In this document: positions 38,989 to 50,787 of the stretch, one piece after another
How positions within the stretch are numbered: position 1 is the stretch's first letter
Layout: each line of letters begins with the position of its first letter
NCBI RefSeq assembly: GCF_002105155.1
Contig: NW_019028979.1
Location: 1,612,001 to 1,676,000, forward strand
Source of the DNA: Lobosporangium transversale
Lineage: Eukaryota
Reading direction: 5' to 3'
DNA: 64,000 nt
The notes under the pieces: generated by a model
Databases searched by the model: none
What the model was told of the DNA's origin: nothing
Seen by the model: the letters and a program-made list of their open reading frames with translations, nothing else
Program-made: the position numbers and the translations under genes

Positions 38989-41061
38989 ATGCCTCATTTT
39001 ATCACGCAGCATTCCTCTGGACAAAGTCAGACTACCGTACATGTGTACATACCTGGTCAACAACAACAGCAGCAACAACTACTACAACAGCAACCATGGC
39101 CACCATACCAACAGCGACAGCACCAACAACAGCTGCCATGGTCATCAAGGCCACAACACCAGCAACAACAACAGTACCAATCATCAGAGCATACTCGACA
39201 CCGATCCTCACTCTCTGCCAGAGTCTTGACACAGGAGGAGAAAGACATTCTCATGGCACAAAGGATTGCGCACCAGGAAGCGCTAGAGTATGATGCATAT
39301 AGGGATGAGGACAACACTGATTTGTTGTACGCAGAAGATTGTCCCATATCTGGGGATAATAGCAGAGGCAGCAACAGAAGTATCAGCAGGAGTAACAGCA
39401 GGAGTAGTAGCAGTAGCAGCAGTAGCAATAGTACTAATAGCAGGGATTCACGCAGCAATAACAGCCACCACCATCGCCACAACAACAACAGTAATAGCAA
39501 CGCCGAAAGAAGCAACGGTATGGGTAATAACAGTAGCAGCAGCATAAATACCAACAGCAGCAGCAGCAATATCAACATCAGCAGCACTAGTAATAGCAAC
39601 ACAAACGCAGCAGCCAATCCACGGCCTTTGTCCACTATCAGTGGCCATTTCGCGACAAGAGGTCTGAGAATCATAGCTGAACCGTCTGATAACAACATAC
39701 CGATGTTATTTGTAGTAACTCCACCATTGGATACATCTTTGATACCTAGTGCATTTGACTCTTTCCAGATCCTGATCCCCTGTCAAGGTCCCTCTGTCTG
39801 CAGCAACGACGCTAAATTGGTCCATCTGACAGCTCATAGTGGATATACAATCAAGGTCCCCTCGAATATCCTTCATAACCATCAAGGTGCCATCCGAAGT
39901 ATTGGCAGAATCTTCAGTCCTGTAGTTCAGGGCGCTAGTATGGCCAGTGCGGTTTCTGGGGGGCCTCGGATACCCACGAGTTCTCTCACCTCCGGGATGA
40001 CAGAAACCCTGCGGTTGCTGGGTAACCGGAATCTGAGTGATATAGTTGGTTTGAGCCTCCAAGACATGTATAGGGTCCAATCTTTAGTTGATTCTCATCA
40101 ACAAATCGCTATGAAGTATCTCCTATTATCTGCATTAACGGACAACAATCAGAATACGACAGGGGATCTCTCGCGCCTGTCGGTCTATAACGCAAACGGA
40201 CATAAATTCGTTTGGGTTTGTGCCGAATGTCGAGCCCTTCTTCTGAATGGCAAGCACATTGATCGATCGCATCATACGACTGTGGAGGATTATAAAGAGC
40301 TGAGTAAGCATGAAAAAGAGATCAATGTGGTCTTGAAGGACTTTGTTTCTGCCAAGGTCCTGACCGAGGCGATTAGAAATAGTGCTGTGGCCGAGAAAGT
40401 CGTTGTCCGGGTCTTACCAGGCTACTTTGAGCAGCGAGATCGAAGAGAAACCGATCCTACCGTTTTCAACTCCATCTGCAGACAATTCTCTGGCTTGGGG
40501 AAGGCTCTCCAGGAACGACCACTTCTCACAAGTCTCGAGATTCGGTGCAATACAATCACAGGCCAGCTGTATGAGGGCTTCGACCAGATTCTAAAATGTT
40601 CAACATTGGAGTATCTAACTGTCATTGGTGTGCCGCTTCTCCTTCAAAAGGACAAGCTTTTGATCGACTGTAAAAAGTTGAAGCGGCTGGTACTGGACGG
40701 TGTGTTGGTCAATACTGAGGCTTCAGCCGCTAATTTGGCTAAGCTTATTGGGAATGCTACAATACTTAAGGCTCTGTGTGTGTCTCGAGCTGCCTTCACG
40801 CCACCTTCGCTTAATGGGCTTTTCGTAGACCGGCATCAAAAGATGCAGAGACAGCTAAGGAAGCTCGAAGAATTGGCGTTGCCCCGTAATGATCTCGACG
40901 ACTATGGTGCAGAGAAGTTTGTATCATTTGCATTGAAAGGAAATAGTCTTAAAGCACTCGACCTCCGGGAAAATCCTTCCATAACCAATGATGGGTACCA
41001 ACAAATATTGGAATGTTTGGCACGCCAGACGCGTCAGATTACTTTTGATTGTCGAGAGTAA
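38989..41061 (+). CDS. Paralogue of 32346-35682: Q/N/S-rich prion-like N-terminus + COR-C-terminal-like domain + RNI-like LRRs, about 690 aa
   Basis: Likely start MPHFITQ at 38989. Motifs PMLFVVTP..FQILIPCQG..HLTAHSGYTIKVP..TGDLSRL..VWVCAEC; LRRs LEELALPRNDL and LKALDLRENPSI. Confidence 0.8.
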   Translation: MPHFITQHSSGQSQTTVHVYIPGQQQQQQQLLQQQPWPPYQQRQHQQQLPWSSRPQHQQQQQYQSSEHTRHRSSLSARVLTQEEKDILMAQRIAHQEALEYDAYRDEDNTDLLYAEDCPISGDNSRGSNRSISRSNSRSSSSSSSSNSTNSRDSRSNNSHHHRHNNNSNSNAERSNGMGNNSSSSINTNSSSSNINISSTSNSNTNAAANPRPLSTISGHFATRGLRIIAEPSDNNIPMLFVVTPPLDTSLIPSAFDSFQILIPCQGPSVCSNDAKLVHLTAHSGYTIKVPSNILHNHQGAIRSIGRIFSPVVQGASMASAVSGGPRIPTSSLTSGMTETLRLLGNRNLSDIVGLSLQDMYRVQSLVDSHQQIAMKYLLLSALTDNNQNTTGDLSRLSVYNANGHKFVWVCAECRALLLNGKHIDRSHHTTVEDYKELSKHEKEINVVLKDFVSAKVLTEAIRNSAVAEKVVVRVLPGYFEQRDRRETDPTVFNSICRQFSGLGKALQERPLLTSLEIRCNTITGQLYEGFDQILKCSTLEYLTVIGVPLLLQKDKLLIDCKKLKRLVLDGVLVNTEASAANLAKLIGNATILKALCVSRAAFTPPSLNGLFVDRHQKMQRQLRKLEELALPRNDLDDYGAEKFVSFALKGNSLKALDLRENPSITNDGYQQILECLARQTRQITFDCRE

Positions 41062-41436
41062 ACAAACAAACAAAATAAAATAAGTAATAAAATAGAGAGG
41101 AACAGACAGGGGCAGGGACAAGTGTTGAATTTGTGCATAGCAATAAAAAATAAAAAAAAGAATTGGTGGAGAGCGGTGACAAAATGGTCTTCGCCAAGGC
41201 CAATACATCCAAACATTCTCAGTCATGAGCATGACTTTAATTACTTCTAAAGACTTAAAAAGAAGGGAATGTCTGCTCTTCCCTCATTCCTCATTCCTCT
41301 TTTATCACTTATCACCTTACTTCCTTGGCCACTTTACCCTATTCCTTCCCGCCTTGGATCTTTCAGCATCTGCACAAACCCTTTCACGGCGTTTTTTTTT
41401 TTTTTTATTTTTTTTAACCTATCTTCATTCTTCATC

Positions 41437-42971
41437 ATGCGACTCATTCCCACTGCTTCCGAACCACAAAAAGCCTATTTCATGTTATATCCCCTCATCC
41501 TTTTTTCCATCCTCACTCCAATCCACACACAATCTTATCAACCTAATGCTACCTACTCACCAGCTAATGCCTTCATTGAAGACCAAGTCTTGTACGTCAT
41601 GGGAGGATGGCTTAATTCTAACAAAGAATGGTCTCTCAGACATTTGCGCTTGATCTTTCAGTTGGTTGGAGTGCCTCCAGCCCAGCTTACAAGAAACTAG
41701 GAGACGGCCTGAGCGATGCCGCGATCCCCAGTGGGATTTCCTCGGATGGCAAGACCTGGTACTTGAGTTCTCGCGGGAAGCCTTATGCCTACGATATCGA
41801 GACTGCGGCCATGAGAATAATTTCACCCTTCTCTTCGATCCCTTCGGTCAGTACTACTCGCAGTATTGCAGGCGCCATAGATCCTGAGACTGGGATTCTT
41901 TATCTACTGCATGGCTTATCCCTCAAGGGATTGATTATTATACCTGATAGGACATATATGATAATTTATACACCTGAAACAGGTTATGAAAATATTGTAG
42001 AGATGTACACTCCCTTGGTGCCACTCGTTTATTATTCCGTCGGATGGGCGAAACCCATCAAGGCCATGCTCATCTTCGGTGGGGCTTCAAGCAATGGTGG
42101 AAATCCTCGCAACAGTCTTTTTGCTTATTATCCTGCAAAAGGATGGAGCCAGCCAACTGTCAAAGGAGATCTTCCCCCACCTCGTTCCCGTGCCTGCTTC
42201 GTTCCTGCCTATAAAGGGACAAAAATGATCCTGTTTGGCGGTCTAGGCGAAGGAGACACAGTTTTGGGTGACCTTTATATCCTGGACGTATCGACCATGA
42301 TCTGGACAAGAGGGTCGGATGCTGGATTTACAGGTGCCCGCATGAACCATGCCTGTGCTACTAGCAAGGATTTTTTTGTAGTCTGGGGAGGATCTACCTC
42401 TAGAGATGGTGGCCCTGATGATGTCAAATTGAACACAACAATCATTTATAACATGATCACGTCCAGATGGACGACAGAGTTCAATCATTCTCCAACGGGG
42501 GCTTCAAATCCAAATGCAAAACCATCAGAATCACTCTATTTGGCACCTGGTCTCAGTGACACCAACGGTGGTCAGAGCTCAAATACAAATTTGGGGGCCA
42601 TCATTGGAGGCGCTGTAGGTGGGTTGGCTGCTGTTGTTATCCTAGCTGCAGGTATAGTTTTTTACCGCCGCCGCAAATCTGAAGCTCCTCCTGGACAGAG
42701 TAACGATATCGAGGATATCAATCATGGGAATGTCAACCATACGGGACCTTTCCTGCCAAGCCAAGGCAGTCAATCGCCCAATCATCTTAGCGTCGAGAGC
42801 GCATTCCTTAATAGCGGCAATAGTAGCCATCCTGTGATTCCTCATGTCCAAGGTTCCTCTGTTTTAGCTCAAGGCCAGGTTCAGATTGACAACCCTTCTT
42901 CAGCCAGGAGTATCCAATTACAAGCTGCAAAATTAAGGCAGTTACAGCAAGTGAGACCGTTGGAGGTATAG
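41437..42971 (+). CDS. Secreted/single-pass Kelch (galactose-oxidase-like beta-propeller) protein with one apparent frameshift near 41628
   Basis: The signal peptide and first blade (LYVMGG) are in ORF 41269-41700. The rest (SQTFALDLS..MLIFGG..MILFGG..FVVWGG..TM GAIIGGAVGGLAAVVILAAGIVFYRRRK) is in ORF 41628-42971. Confidence 0.75.
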
Positions 42972-43505
42972 AGAGTCTTAACACGACGCGTGAGACAGAT
43001 TGAATATAATGCAAGGCAGGGCTCTTACGAACCATACCCGCTTAATTCTTGTGAAGTAGAAGATCGAAACTGAGCACTTTAATACAATAAATGATTCACA
43101 TGAAAAAAAGGTGGCGAAGACAATCATCGTTCATCTACAAAAAGAAAATCCCTTGTTAGGATTAATTCGCCTTTTTTTCGCAGCACACACTTAATAAATA
43201 TTCATACACTCCTTCAAATGGAATGGAGAGCAATAAAGCAATACAGATGAATTATAACATTGTATTTTTAGGCTCTTGTTTTTCTGTTGGACATTAAAAA
43301 CAAAGCCAGTTTTGTTTATGGCGAAGCACCACCTTAATGACTTTATTTTGGGTGTGAGGGCGCAATCCATCTTGCATATTCTCGACTCTTTTCTCCATCT
43401 TTTTCTTTCCTTCCCCTCCTTGCCTTCGTCTTTCAGTTCCTCTTCTTTTTTTTTTTTTTTTTTTTTTTTTTACACTTTTCTTCACGATCAGCTATTAGGT
43501 CACAA

Positions 43506-44669
43506 ATGATGAACATATTCTCTCAATTTCTCTTCTTCCCCATGAAGAAAAGCCTCGGCTTATGTCTTCTCTATCTCTTTGTCATGAAGACCACACTTGC
43601 TCAGCAACCAGAGCTGCAATCCTTTCAGCCCGAGCAGACCATATACTCCTCCAGTGTTTTCATCGAAAGAGAGACCATGTATGTTGTTGGTGGTCATCAA
43701 GGTCGCTTGGATCGCTCACAGATGTTTTCATTGGACCTGTCTAAATCCTGGAGCACATCTCAAGATCCTCCATTCAAGAAGCTTTCTGGCGGTTTGGCTA
43801 CTCTTGCCGCGCCTGGAGCTCTTACGAAGGACAAGAAGAGCTGGTTTATCATCTCGAATGCAACGGCTTATTCATATAACTTTGCTGCCTCCTCCTGGAA
43901 ATCACTTGGAGAAAAATACTATATTACGGAGCGCCGTGGCCTTGCAGCAGCTACAGATCCAGATACAGGAGCTATCTATGTCCCTAATGGATACGGAGGG
44001 TTTCTAGATGGTAGCAACGAGATGTTAGTCTACAATGCTTCTAGCTCAGATTTCCTAAAGGAGGGCTTGCACCCAGCTCTGATGGGCCGACATTTTTATG
44101 CAGCAGCTTGGGCACCTACTCTGAAAGCGATGCTGATGTTTGGTGGTGGTGATTATAATACGAATAATACGAATAACGACCTATATTCGTACAGCCCTGA
44201 GCTTGGCTGGAGCTTGCTCACAACCAAGGGTGATATTCCTTCATCACGAGACAGCACATGTTTTGTTCCAGCACATGAAGGCAGAACGATGGTTTTGTTC
44301 GGTGGAATGTCCGACCAAGGAGCCAGTTTGTTGGATGACGTCTATTTGTATGATGTCGAGTCAATGACCTGGAAACGAGGAAAGAATGTGGGGGTTGTGG
44401 GCGGTGCACGATATGGACATGTGTGTGCCGTCTCGGATAACTATCTTATTGTCTGGGGAGGGGGATCTGATGGTCCTATTAGCAACTTGTTGATGGTTTA
44501 CGATATCGAAAAAGCAGAATGGACTAATCACTATTCGTACAAGCCCGCGCCAGTCAACCCAACCGACCTATTCCAACCATCCTCTGCACTGTCACTGCCA
44601 AGGAGCAATTTGAAAGCCGCTGTAGGTGTCCTTGGGATCGTTGTGATGCTTGTCATTGGTGGTTTTTAA
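43506..44669 (+). CDS. Secreted Kelch-repeat protein with C-terminal hydrophobic tail (TM or GPI signal), 387 aa
   Basis: Signal peptide LGLCLLYLFVMKTTLAQ; Kelch GG motifs MYVVGG, MLMFGGG, MVLFGG, LIVWGGG; terminal AAVGVLGIVVMLVIGGF. Confidence 0.88.
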   Translation: MMNIFSQFLFFPMKKSLGLCLLYLFVMKTTLAQQPELQSFQPEQTIYSSSVFIERETMYVVGGHQGRLDRSQMFSLDLSKSWSTSQDPPFKKLSGGLATLAAPGALTKDKKSWFIISNATAYSYNFAASSWKSLGEKYYITERRGLAAATDPDTGAIYVPNGYGGFLDGSNEMLVYNASSSDFLKEGLHPALMGRHFYAAAWAPTLKAMLMFGGGDYNTNNTNNDLYSYSPELGWSLLTTKGDIPSSRDSTCFVPAHEGRTMVLFGGMSDQGASLLDDVYLYDVESMTWKRGKNVGVVGGARYGHVCAVSDNYLIVWGGGSDGPISNLLMVYDIEKAEWTNHYSYKPAPVNPTDLFQPSSALSLPRSNLKAAVGVLGIVVMLVIGGF

Positions 44670-45513
44670 GTTTAACTCAACTCCAAAAAAAAAAAAAAAA
44701 AAAAAAAAAATGCCTAGTCATAGTCGGCACAGCGTTAAGATGCTAAATAAATATACATAGAGTTTTACATGAAGTCAATGCATTCCTTGCTTGAGATCGC
44801 GTGTTAGTTCCTCATCCGAAGATCTTTGAGGCTTTCTACAATATAGTTATGAAGCCAATTTTAAGGAAGACCGCTCCTTACAATCTTTAGACAAATGCAC
44901 TTTGGTAAAAAAAAAAGAAGCCCATATTCCATGAATCGTTTCAAGAGGAGTACTTAACTTTGTGTTCAGAGAAGGGAAAGGAGGGATTGTAAATGTAAAG
45001 CTCATATCATACCCATGGCTCGCAGGGTCAAATATGACTGGAATACAGAGAGATCATTTTCAACGTAATATTAGCAGGACTTTTGCCATTTATTCCTTTA
45101 TTACAAGTAAATGAAGGACATTGAAGCTAAATTCACCAATTACAAAGAGAGATTGCAATAATATCAATAATATCTTCATGATAGCATACATTTCACCCAA
45201 ACGGAGCTCAAGTCACTACTCTCTCAATAGACTCAAGTTCTATCCTCCAATCCTACATTATATAAGCTTTATAAAATTCTTTTGATCAAGTCGAGATTCT
45301 CAATAATATGTTATAAACAATCACAATGAGTTTTTTTTTTTTTTATTTTTTTTTTTATCGATATTATTATTGTCATTGTCATTGTAATTCCCGCTTGGAA
45401 GGCAAATATGAACGAGAAAGGTTGAGTTACGTTCTCAATACCAAAGCGCAAATTTACAATCAATACATGTTCTGATACACATACATAATCCATTGGCCTC
45501 AACAGGAACCATA

Positions 45514-47085
45514 TTAGAATCGAGTTGCCTGAGTATTGCGAGAACAAAGTATACCAACTACCCGATCGTGTATACTTTGTCTGTTGTTCACACGACCATG
45601 GAGGTAACTATATTTAAGCTTTGGCCAATTGTTCACGATCCATGTCGCATCCTCTGGTTGCATCTGTTGATGATAGTCACTTCTGAATTCTAATGTTTCC
45701 AGGTCCTTCAAGTTGACTAGCTCATCCAGACCTGCTCTTAGCCTCAAGTCCAGCGTCTGTCTTTTCCTAAACCGTTGATCCTGTCCTGTCAAGTTCAAAT
45801 AATGTAGTCGAGCCAATTTTCCAAGCTGTCTAAACACAATACGCTGTTTCTCCATGCCTTCTTCAGTGCCCTGATCAATATCTGCCTCAAGAAAGATGCT
45901 CAGTTCAGTCAACTCAGTACTAACCCATTCTGCACCTTTGACAATTTCTGTCACCGTGATTCTAGGCCCAGTGAGCTTCTTCAAATGTGGACAATTCGAT
46001 AGAACCATTTGAACAACCCCATCGGTCTCAAGGTTTTCTTCATTGATCACCATTGTCTCGATTGTATCGCTAAGCCTCCGAAGTCTTGTTTTGCGAACGA
46101 TATGTCCACCATCCATAATCTCTTGTCCAGATGCCAGCAATTCCCGGATAGAGAGCTGGCCAAAATCGCAATTTGGAGCCTCCAGTCGTCTTAATCCCGT
46201 CATTTGCCTAAGGACTGCCGCTATGCTTGTATCCTTTATGACATGGTGTGGAAACGTTAGTTCTGATAAATTCGTCAATGTCCATGGTTGTTGAAGGAAT
46301 GCTACCTTGTAAAAATCATAGGGAATTCGCTGTCCAGGCCTCCAGGGCTCGTCATCAAATGTGAATGAACGTAAGTTTGGACATCTTCTAACCAATGTGC
46401 CAATGCAATACGACGGTTTGTATGGAAATGGAGAGTGGAGTATCTTGACAGGGCCGAGATCTAGTTTCTGAACATTTGTAAGAATATATTTTCCAGTACT
46501 GTCGGTAATAAAGTCGGCAGGTAACTGAGAGATCCGTACGAGACGTAAGTCTAAGTTCCTAACTCTCTTGCATAACTGAAGGAATAATTCGACGCCACCA
46601 CTGCTTATGAGTACTTCATTAACCTTTATGAGACTAAGGTTGGTGCATTCCAGTAGTACTTGCCAAAACCCCTGTGGAATTGGAATACCATTGCAACTAA
46701 GCTCTCTGATTGTAGAACTGTAGGCCTTGAGGAGGTCCGAAAGACCTCTTAGGTCAGGCCGAATCTTTAAATGTCGCTCCCTCTCATATTCGATGGAGTA
46801 GAGACGATCGCATCCTCGCAATGACATGATCTCCTTTGGAATAATGTTTTGCAAACTAATCTTTTCAATATACTTCTTGTTGTTTTGTAGCGCTTCCTTT
46901 GAAGGATTGCAAGGCCATCGCCACCGACTTTTAACGTTAATATTTCTCCACAGGGTCTTAGAAAGTGTATTGTAAAAAGTTTTGGAGACGCGGATACAGC
47001 ATGGAAGATCCCTGTCATCGAGGAAATCACCAAGGATTAAGATGATTTCTGGAATAACCAAGGGATTCAATTTAAAGTTGTCCAT
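45514..47085 (-). CDS. F-box/LRR (RNI-like) protein, about 523 aa
   Basis: Probable start MDNFKLNPLVIPEIILILGDFLDDRDLPCCIRVSKTF (F-box-like); LVRRCPNLRSF, LSNCPHLKKL, AEWVSTELTEL, LDLRLRAGLDELVNLKDL, NNWPKL. Confidence 0.85.
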   Translation of the reverse strand: MDNFKLNPLVIPEIILILGDFLDDRDLPCCIRVSKTFYNTLSKTLWRNINVKSRWRWPCNPSKEALQNNKKYIEKISLQNIIPKEIMSLRGCDRLYSIEYERERHLKIRPDLRGLSDLLKAYSSTIRELSCNGIPIPQGFWQVLLECTNLSLIKVNEVLISSGGVELFLQLCKRVRNLDLRLVRISQLPADFITDSTGKYILTNVQKLDLGPVKILHSPFPYKPSYCIGTLVRRCPNLRSFTFDDEPWRPGQRIPYDFYKVAFLQQPWTLTNLSELTFPHHVIKDTSIAAVLRQMTGLRRLEAPNCDFGQLSIRELLASGQEIMDGGHIVRKTRLRRLSDTIETMVINEENLETDGVVQMVLSNCPHLKKLTGPRITVTEIVKGAEWVSTELTELSIFLEADIDQGTEEGMEKQRIVFRQLGKLARLHYLNLTGQDQRFRKRQTLDLRLRAGLDELVNLKDLETLEFRSDYHQQMQPEDATWIVNNWPKLKYSYLHGRVNNRQSIHDRVVGILCSRNTQATRF

Positions 47086-48185
47086 GATGCAATGGGAATG
47101 ATTAGAGTGTAGCATGTCGGATTCTTTTAATCGCTCTTTTTTTTCCATCAAATGGTTGAGTTGAGCTTTTTGATCACGTGGACTCTTGTTGTAAGTAATA
47201 GGTGTATCTTTGATTAAGGGGCAGAGGCTAGACACAACAAGAATAACAAGACAAAATGGAGGCAAATAATCTTGACGACAAACAGCGCCATAGGATTCCA
47301 AAAGAGAAAATGGGAGCTTCATAGGTGAGCTCACAAACTGAGTTACCGGAAGACAAATGCTTGTTGTGCAAAGGGAAAAAGATAAGTGGCAAGATAAACT
47401 GCAGGTCAAGAACAAGACACATAGAGAAAACTTAAGACTTATGGGTAAACTGAAGACTTTATTGAGAAGGAAGTTTCTTTGGCTTTTATAACCTAGCCTA
47501 CAGGCCTGACTGTGGTGCTTCCTAGGTGAGATGGGCTCGTCTATAGCTTATAAGGCTTTGCGCAAAGATTCTTTAGCTGTGGTTCGACAGAATGGCCCAA
47601 TTAGTAGATACAAAATAACCTGAAAACAAAATAGTTATAGTTAATTTTATATGGCCAGCTACAACACCCTTTCGAGCCTGTTACTTCGTTACTTCTGATA
47701 GTTATGCTGTGAGGTGTAAGCACAACTGCTACCCTACCTATAGCGATCTCCACCTGTGGTCTGAAGTTGTCCCAATATTTGTTGGGCCTTTTAGCTATAT
47801 CGCCGTATAGCCATAATTTTATCTATCAGTTAGCAGTTAAACAGGGAGTGGCTACGCGTGATAATCTTGACAAATCCTTTAATGTCTTTTTTGCTTCTCT
47901 CTCCTTTTCTTTTTTCCTGGAGAAAAATGCATTTTGTTAAAAAAACAATACTATACAACCTACATATTTCTATTCAATGTATATGGTCAATAGCCATAAT
48001 CAATAACTACAGATCACAGCAAAAAATTAACTGACCCTATACAGACCGAACAATACCTAGGACTACAGCTATCGCAGTATGATTATACAAAGGATAGACA
48101 TACACTTGATCCGAATAATAATAGAATATCCATCTGCCGACGGGATGAAAAGCTTTTTTTTTTTTTTTTCTTTTTCTTTCGTTCT

Positions 48186-50755
48186 TTAATCGAAAATTGA
48201 GTCTAATGACGGAAGAACAGAATGCTGGCTATGCTGACTAGAATGCTGTTGGTGCTGACGGTGTGCTTGTTGCTGTTGTTGTTGCTGTATTGACGGCAAT
48301 GATTGTGATGAATTTTGTTCCTGGCTAGTGGCAGTCATACTTGATGCAATCATAGGAGGAGGGGGATAGTTTAACATGCTTGAGGTAGGGATACCATAGA
48401 ATCCACCTGCCGGGCCGGATGTTGGCGACATTAGTGAATAGATGGACCTTCCTATCCCTGAAGATGATCCTATCGCCATTGTTGCAGGAAACGCATGGGT
48501 CTGAATTGCGCTGGTCGCTATTCCACTTGTAGGTGCTTGAGCTTGGTACCCAAAGTGATATACAGATGACCCCTGGGGCATTGTTGTAGATAAATTACCT
48601 GCTCCATTCAAATGATGCTGATGTCCCTGTTGGCTCTGTTGATATTGATGATTGTGTTGTTGTTGACGCTGTTGTTGAGGATGCTGATATTGATTTAGTG
48701 AAGTCATATCAGTATCACGTGCAGCTAGCTCCATGGACGGGTAACCAGCTCCTGGTCCAATCCCTGCCATTGATATTACATTACTATTCATCACTGTAGC
48801 AGCAGATGAATAAGGGATTGAGGACTTAATCTCAGAATCCCCAGTAAAGATTGCTCCGGAAGTATTAGAGTTTGACATGGCAATACCGCTAGCGCTCCCT
48901 GCAGAGGGCGATGCGGTGTCTGAGGAATCTGTAGAAGGCGAAGGAGCGCCTGCGGATGAAGACATTATAGATCCGGACATTGTGGTCGTGCTCATTGCGG
49001 CTCCTTCTGTCACTGCTACTGCTACTGCTCCACCTCCTGCTCTTCCTGATGTCTCGTGGCCAGGACTGGTACTTGATGTTGAGAGTGTGCCACCTGGCAT
49101 CATTTGTGTATAATTACCGCCGTTCGGTCTGATACCTGAATTGGCATAGACACCCATTTGTTGTCGCTTTCTAATGATCGCCTGCAAATCATGAGACCTT
49201 GGCCGTGATGCAGATTGCTGTTGCTGCTGCTGCTGCTCCAAGAAGTCTGCAGTAGCATGATAGAGGCCTTGTTGGTTCAACAGAGAAATCCTCGCAAGAT
49301 TAGTTGATGAAGATGTTGGTGGTACAGCACTTGTGGTTGCTGTCGTCGCCGCTGTCATGGGTTCTAGGCATTTTTCAATAATTCTTCGTCGCATTGCCTT
49401 CTGATGTTCTTCCAATGACTCTAGCTCAATTGTCAACCACGAGAAATAATGTTTATGATCCAATCCTTCAAACTGATCCAGCAATTTTGCGACCTTGTTC
49501 AACTGCGTTCTACAGCGGTCTTTCAGTCTGTTTGAGAATACATTTGCTTCCATTTTACTCGACTGAGGCTGTCTATTGATGCCGTTATTGTCGTTGCTCC
49601 AACTTCTGTTGGGAGAGTTGTCGCCACCTGGCCTGGCATTCGGTTTCTCCAAGATGATCTTGTGATAGATTCGAAGACACCAATCCAATGCTACACCCAG
49701 ACATGACATTCTAGCTCTCTCGGGGTATCGCTCCAACACAATGATGGCCAATGTCACTATATGATCTGCCTCTTGTACACATTGCATGATCTTATCCAAG
49801 AACGCCTGCCTTCTTGAGAAATGTTGGTGTTGTCTTCGTTGCTGTTGCTGTTCCAGTTCTAAGTACGAGCTCTGACCAGCAGATGGCTCGTCTTGGCTAT
49901 CCATGCTGCTATCATTGTTGCTAAGGCTGATATTGTTACTACGGTTGATATTGTTACTGTTATTGTCACCGTTGTCAGAAACGGATGCTACTGCGGTTAA
50001 TGAAAGTAACTCTGTTCCGATTGCCAGCATACTTGGGTACAACAACAGGACCTTCAACATAGAGTAAACGACCTGTAGCCCCACAGCTCGACCATTGACT
50101 CTAGGATCAATCAGATCCATGCTTGCAGGATCCAATTGTGCCATCAATCTCGGCGGTAAATCATCTAACCAGTACTTGAGAGCCAAAACCAATTCTGCCT
50201 CTGAATGCTCGCCACTCAACAATACCTCTCGGATACTTGTTAGGTTTAGTGAATTTGTAGTCGTGGGATTAGCACTGACATCATAATTGAAAGCAGAGTC
50301 ATTCAGTCCTCCGGTTTCAATAAGCTGATCCATCCGTTGAAGACCTGTCTGGAAGAATGAATGAATCTTTCGACCTATCCTCCACAGGTTAATTTCTTTG
50401 ACCATAAACCATCGAGTCCAAAGTCCTTCATCATGATCCAGCTCCGTCAGTTGTGGGAACGGTGCTTCCAAATAATGATCATCCATTTGAGTAAGATGAC
50501 CTCGAATTACATGGTGAACACTATCGAACATGTAACACGCCCAAAACAACCAACAACGATTCTGGATCACAATCGGTTTCGGCATCCACCGAGTTGCATC
50601 CACATGTAAACCTAAAAAGGCCGCTTCAGTCATCAGTTTTAATAGCTCTACCCGGAGCTGTGGTTTTGGATACACATAGCAAAGCAACAATGTTGCTTGC
50701 AAATACGCAGTTGAGTATGTGCTCCGGTTATCTTCTAGGTGTGCCATCAGGCCTA

Positions 50756-50787
<32 letters not shown>

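Noticed and set aside
39032..39698. Poly-Leu/poly-Cys antisense ORFs (also 53386-53952 and 52119-52370)
   Set aside because: Shadow frames of Q/N/S trinucleotide-rich coding sequence on the opposite strand.
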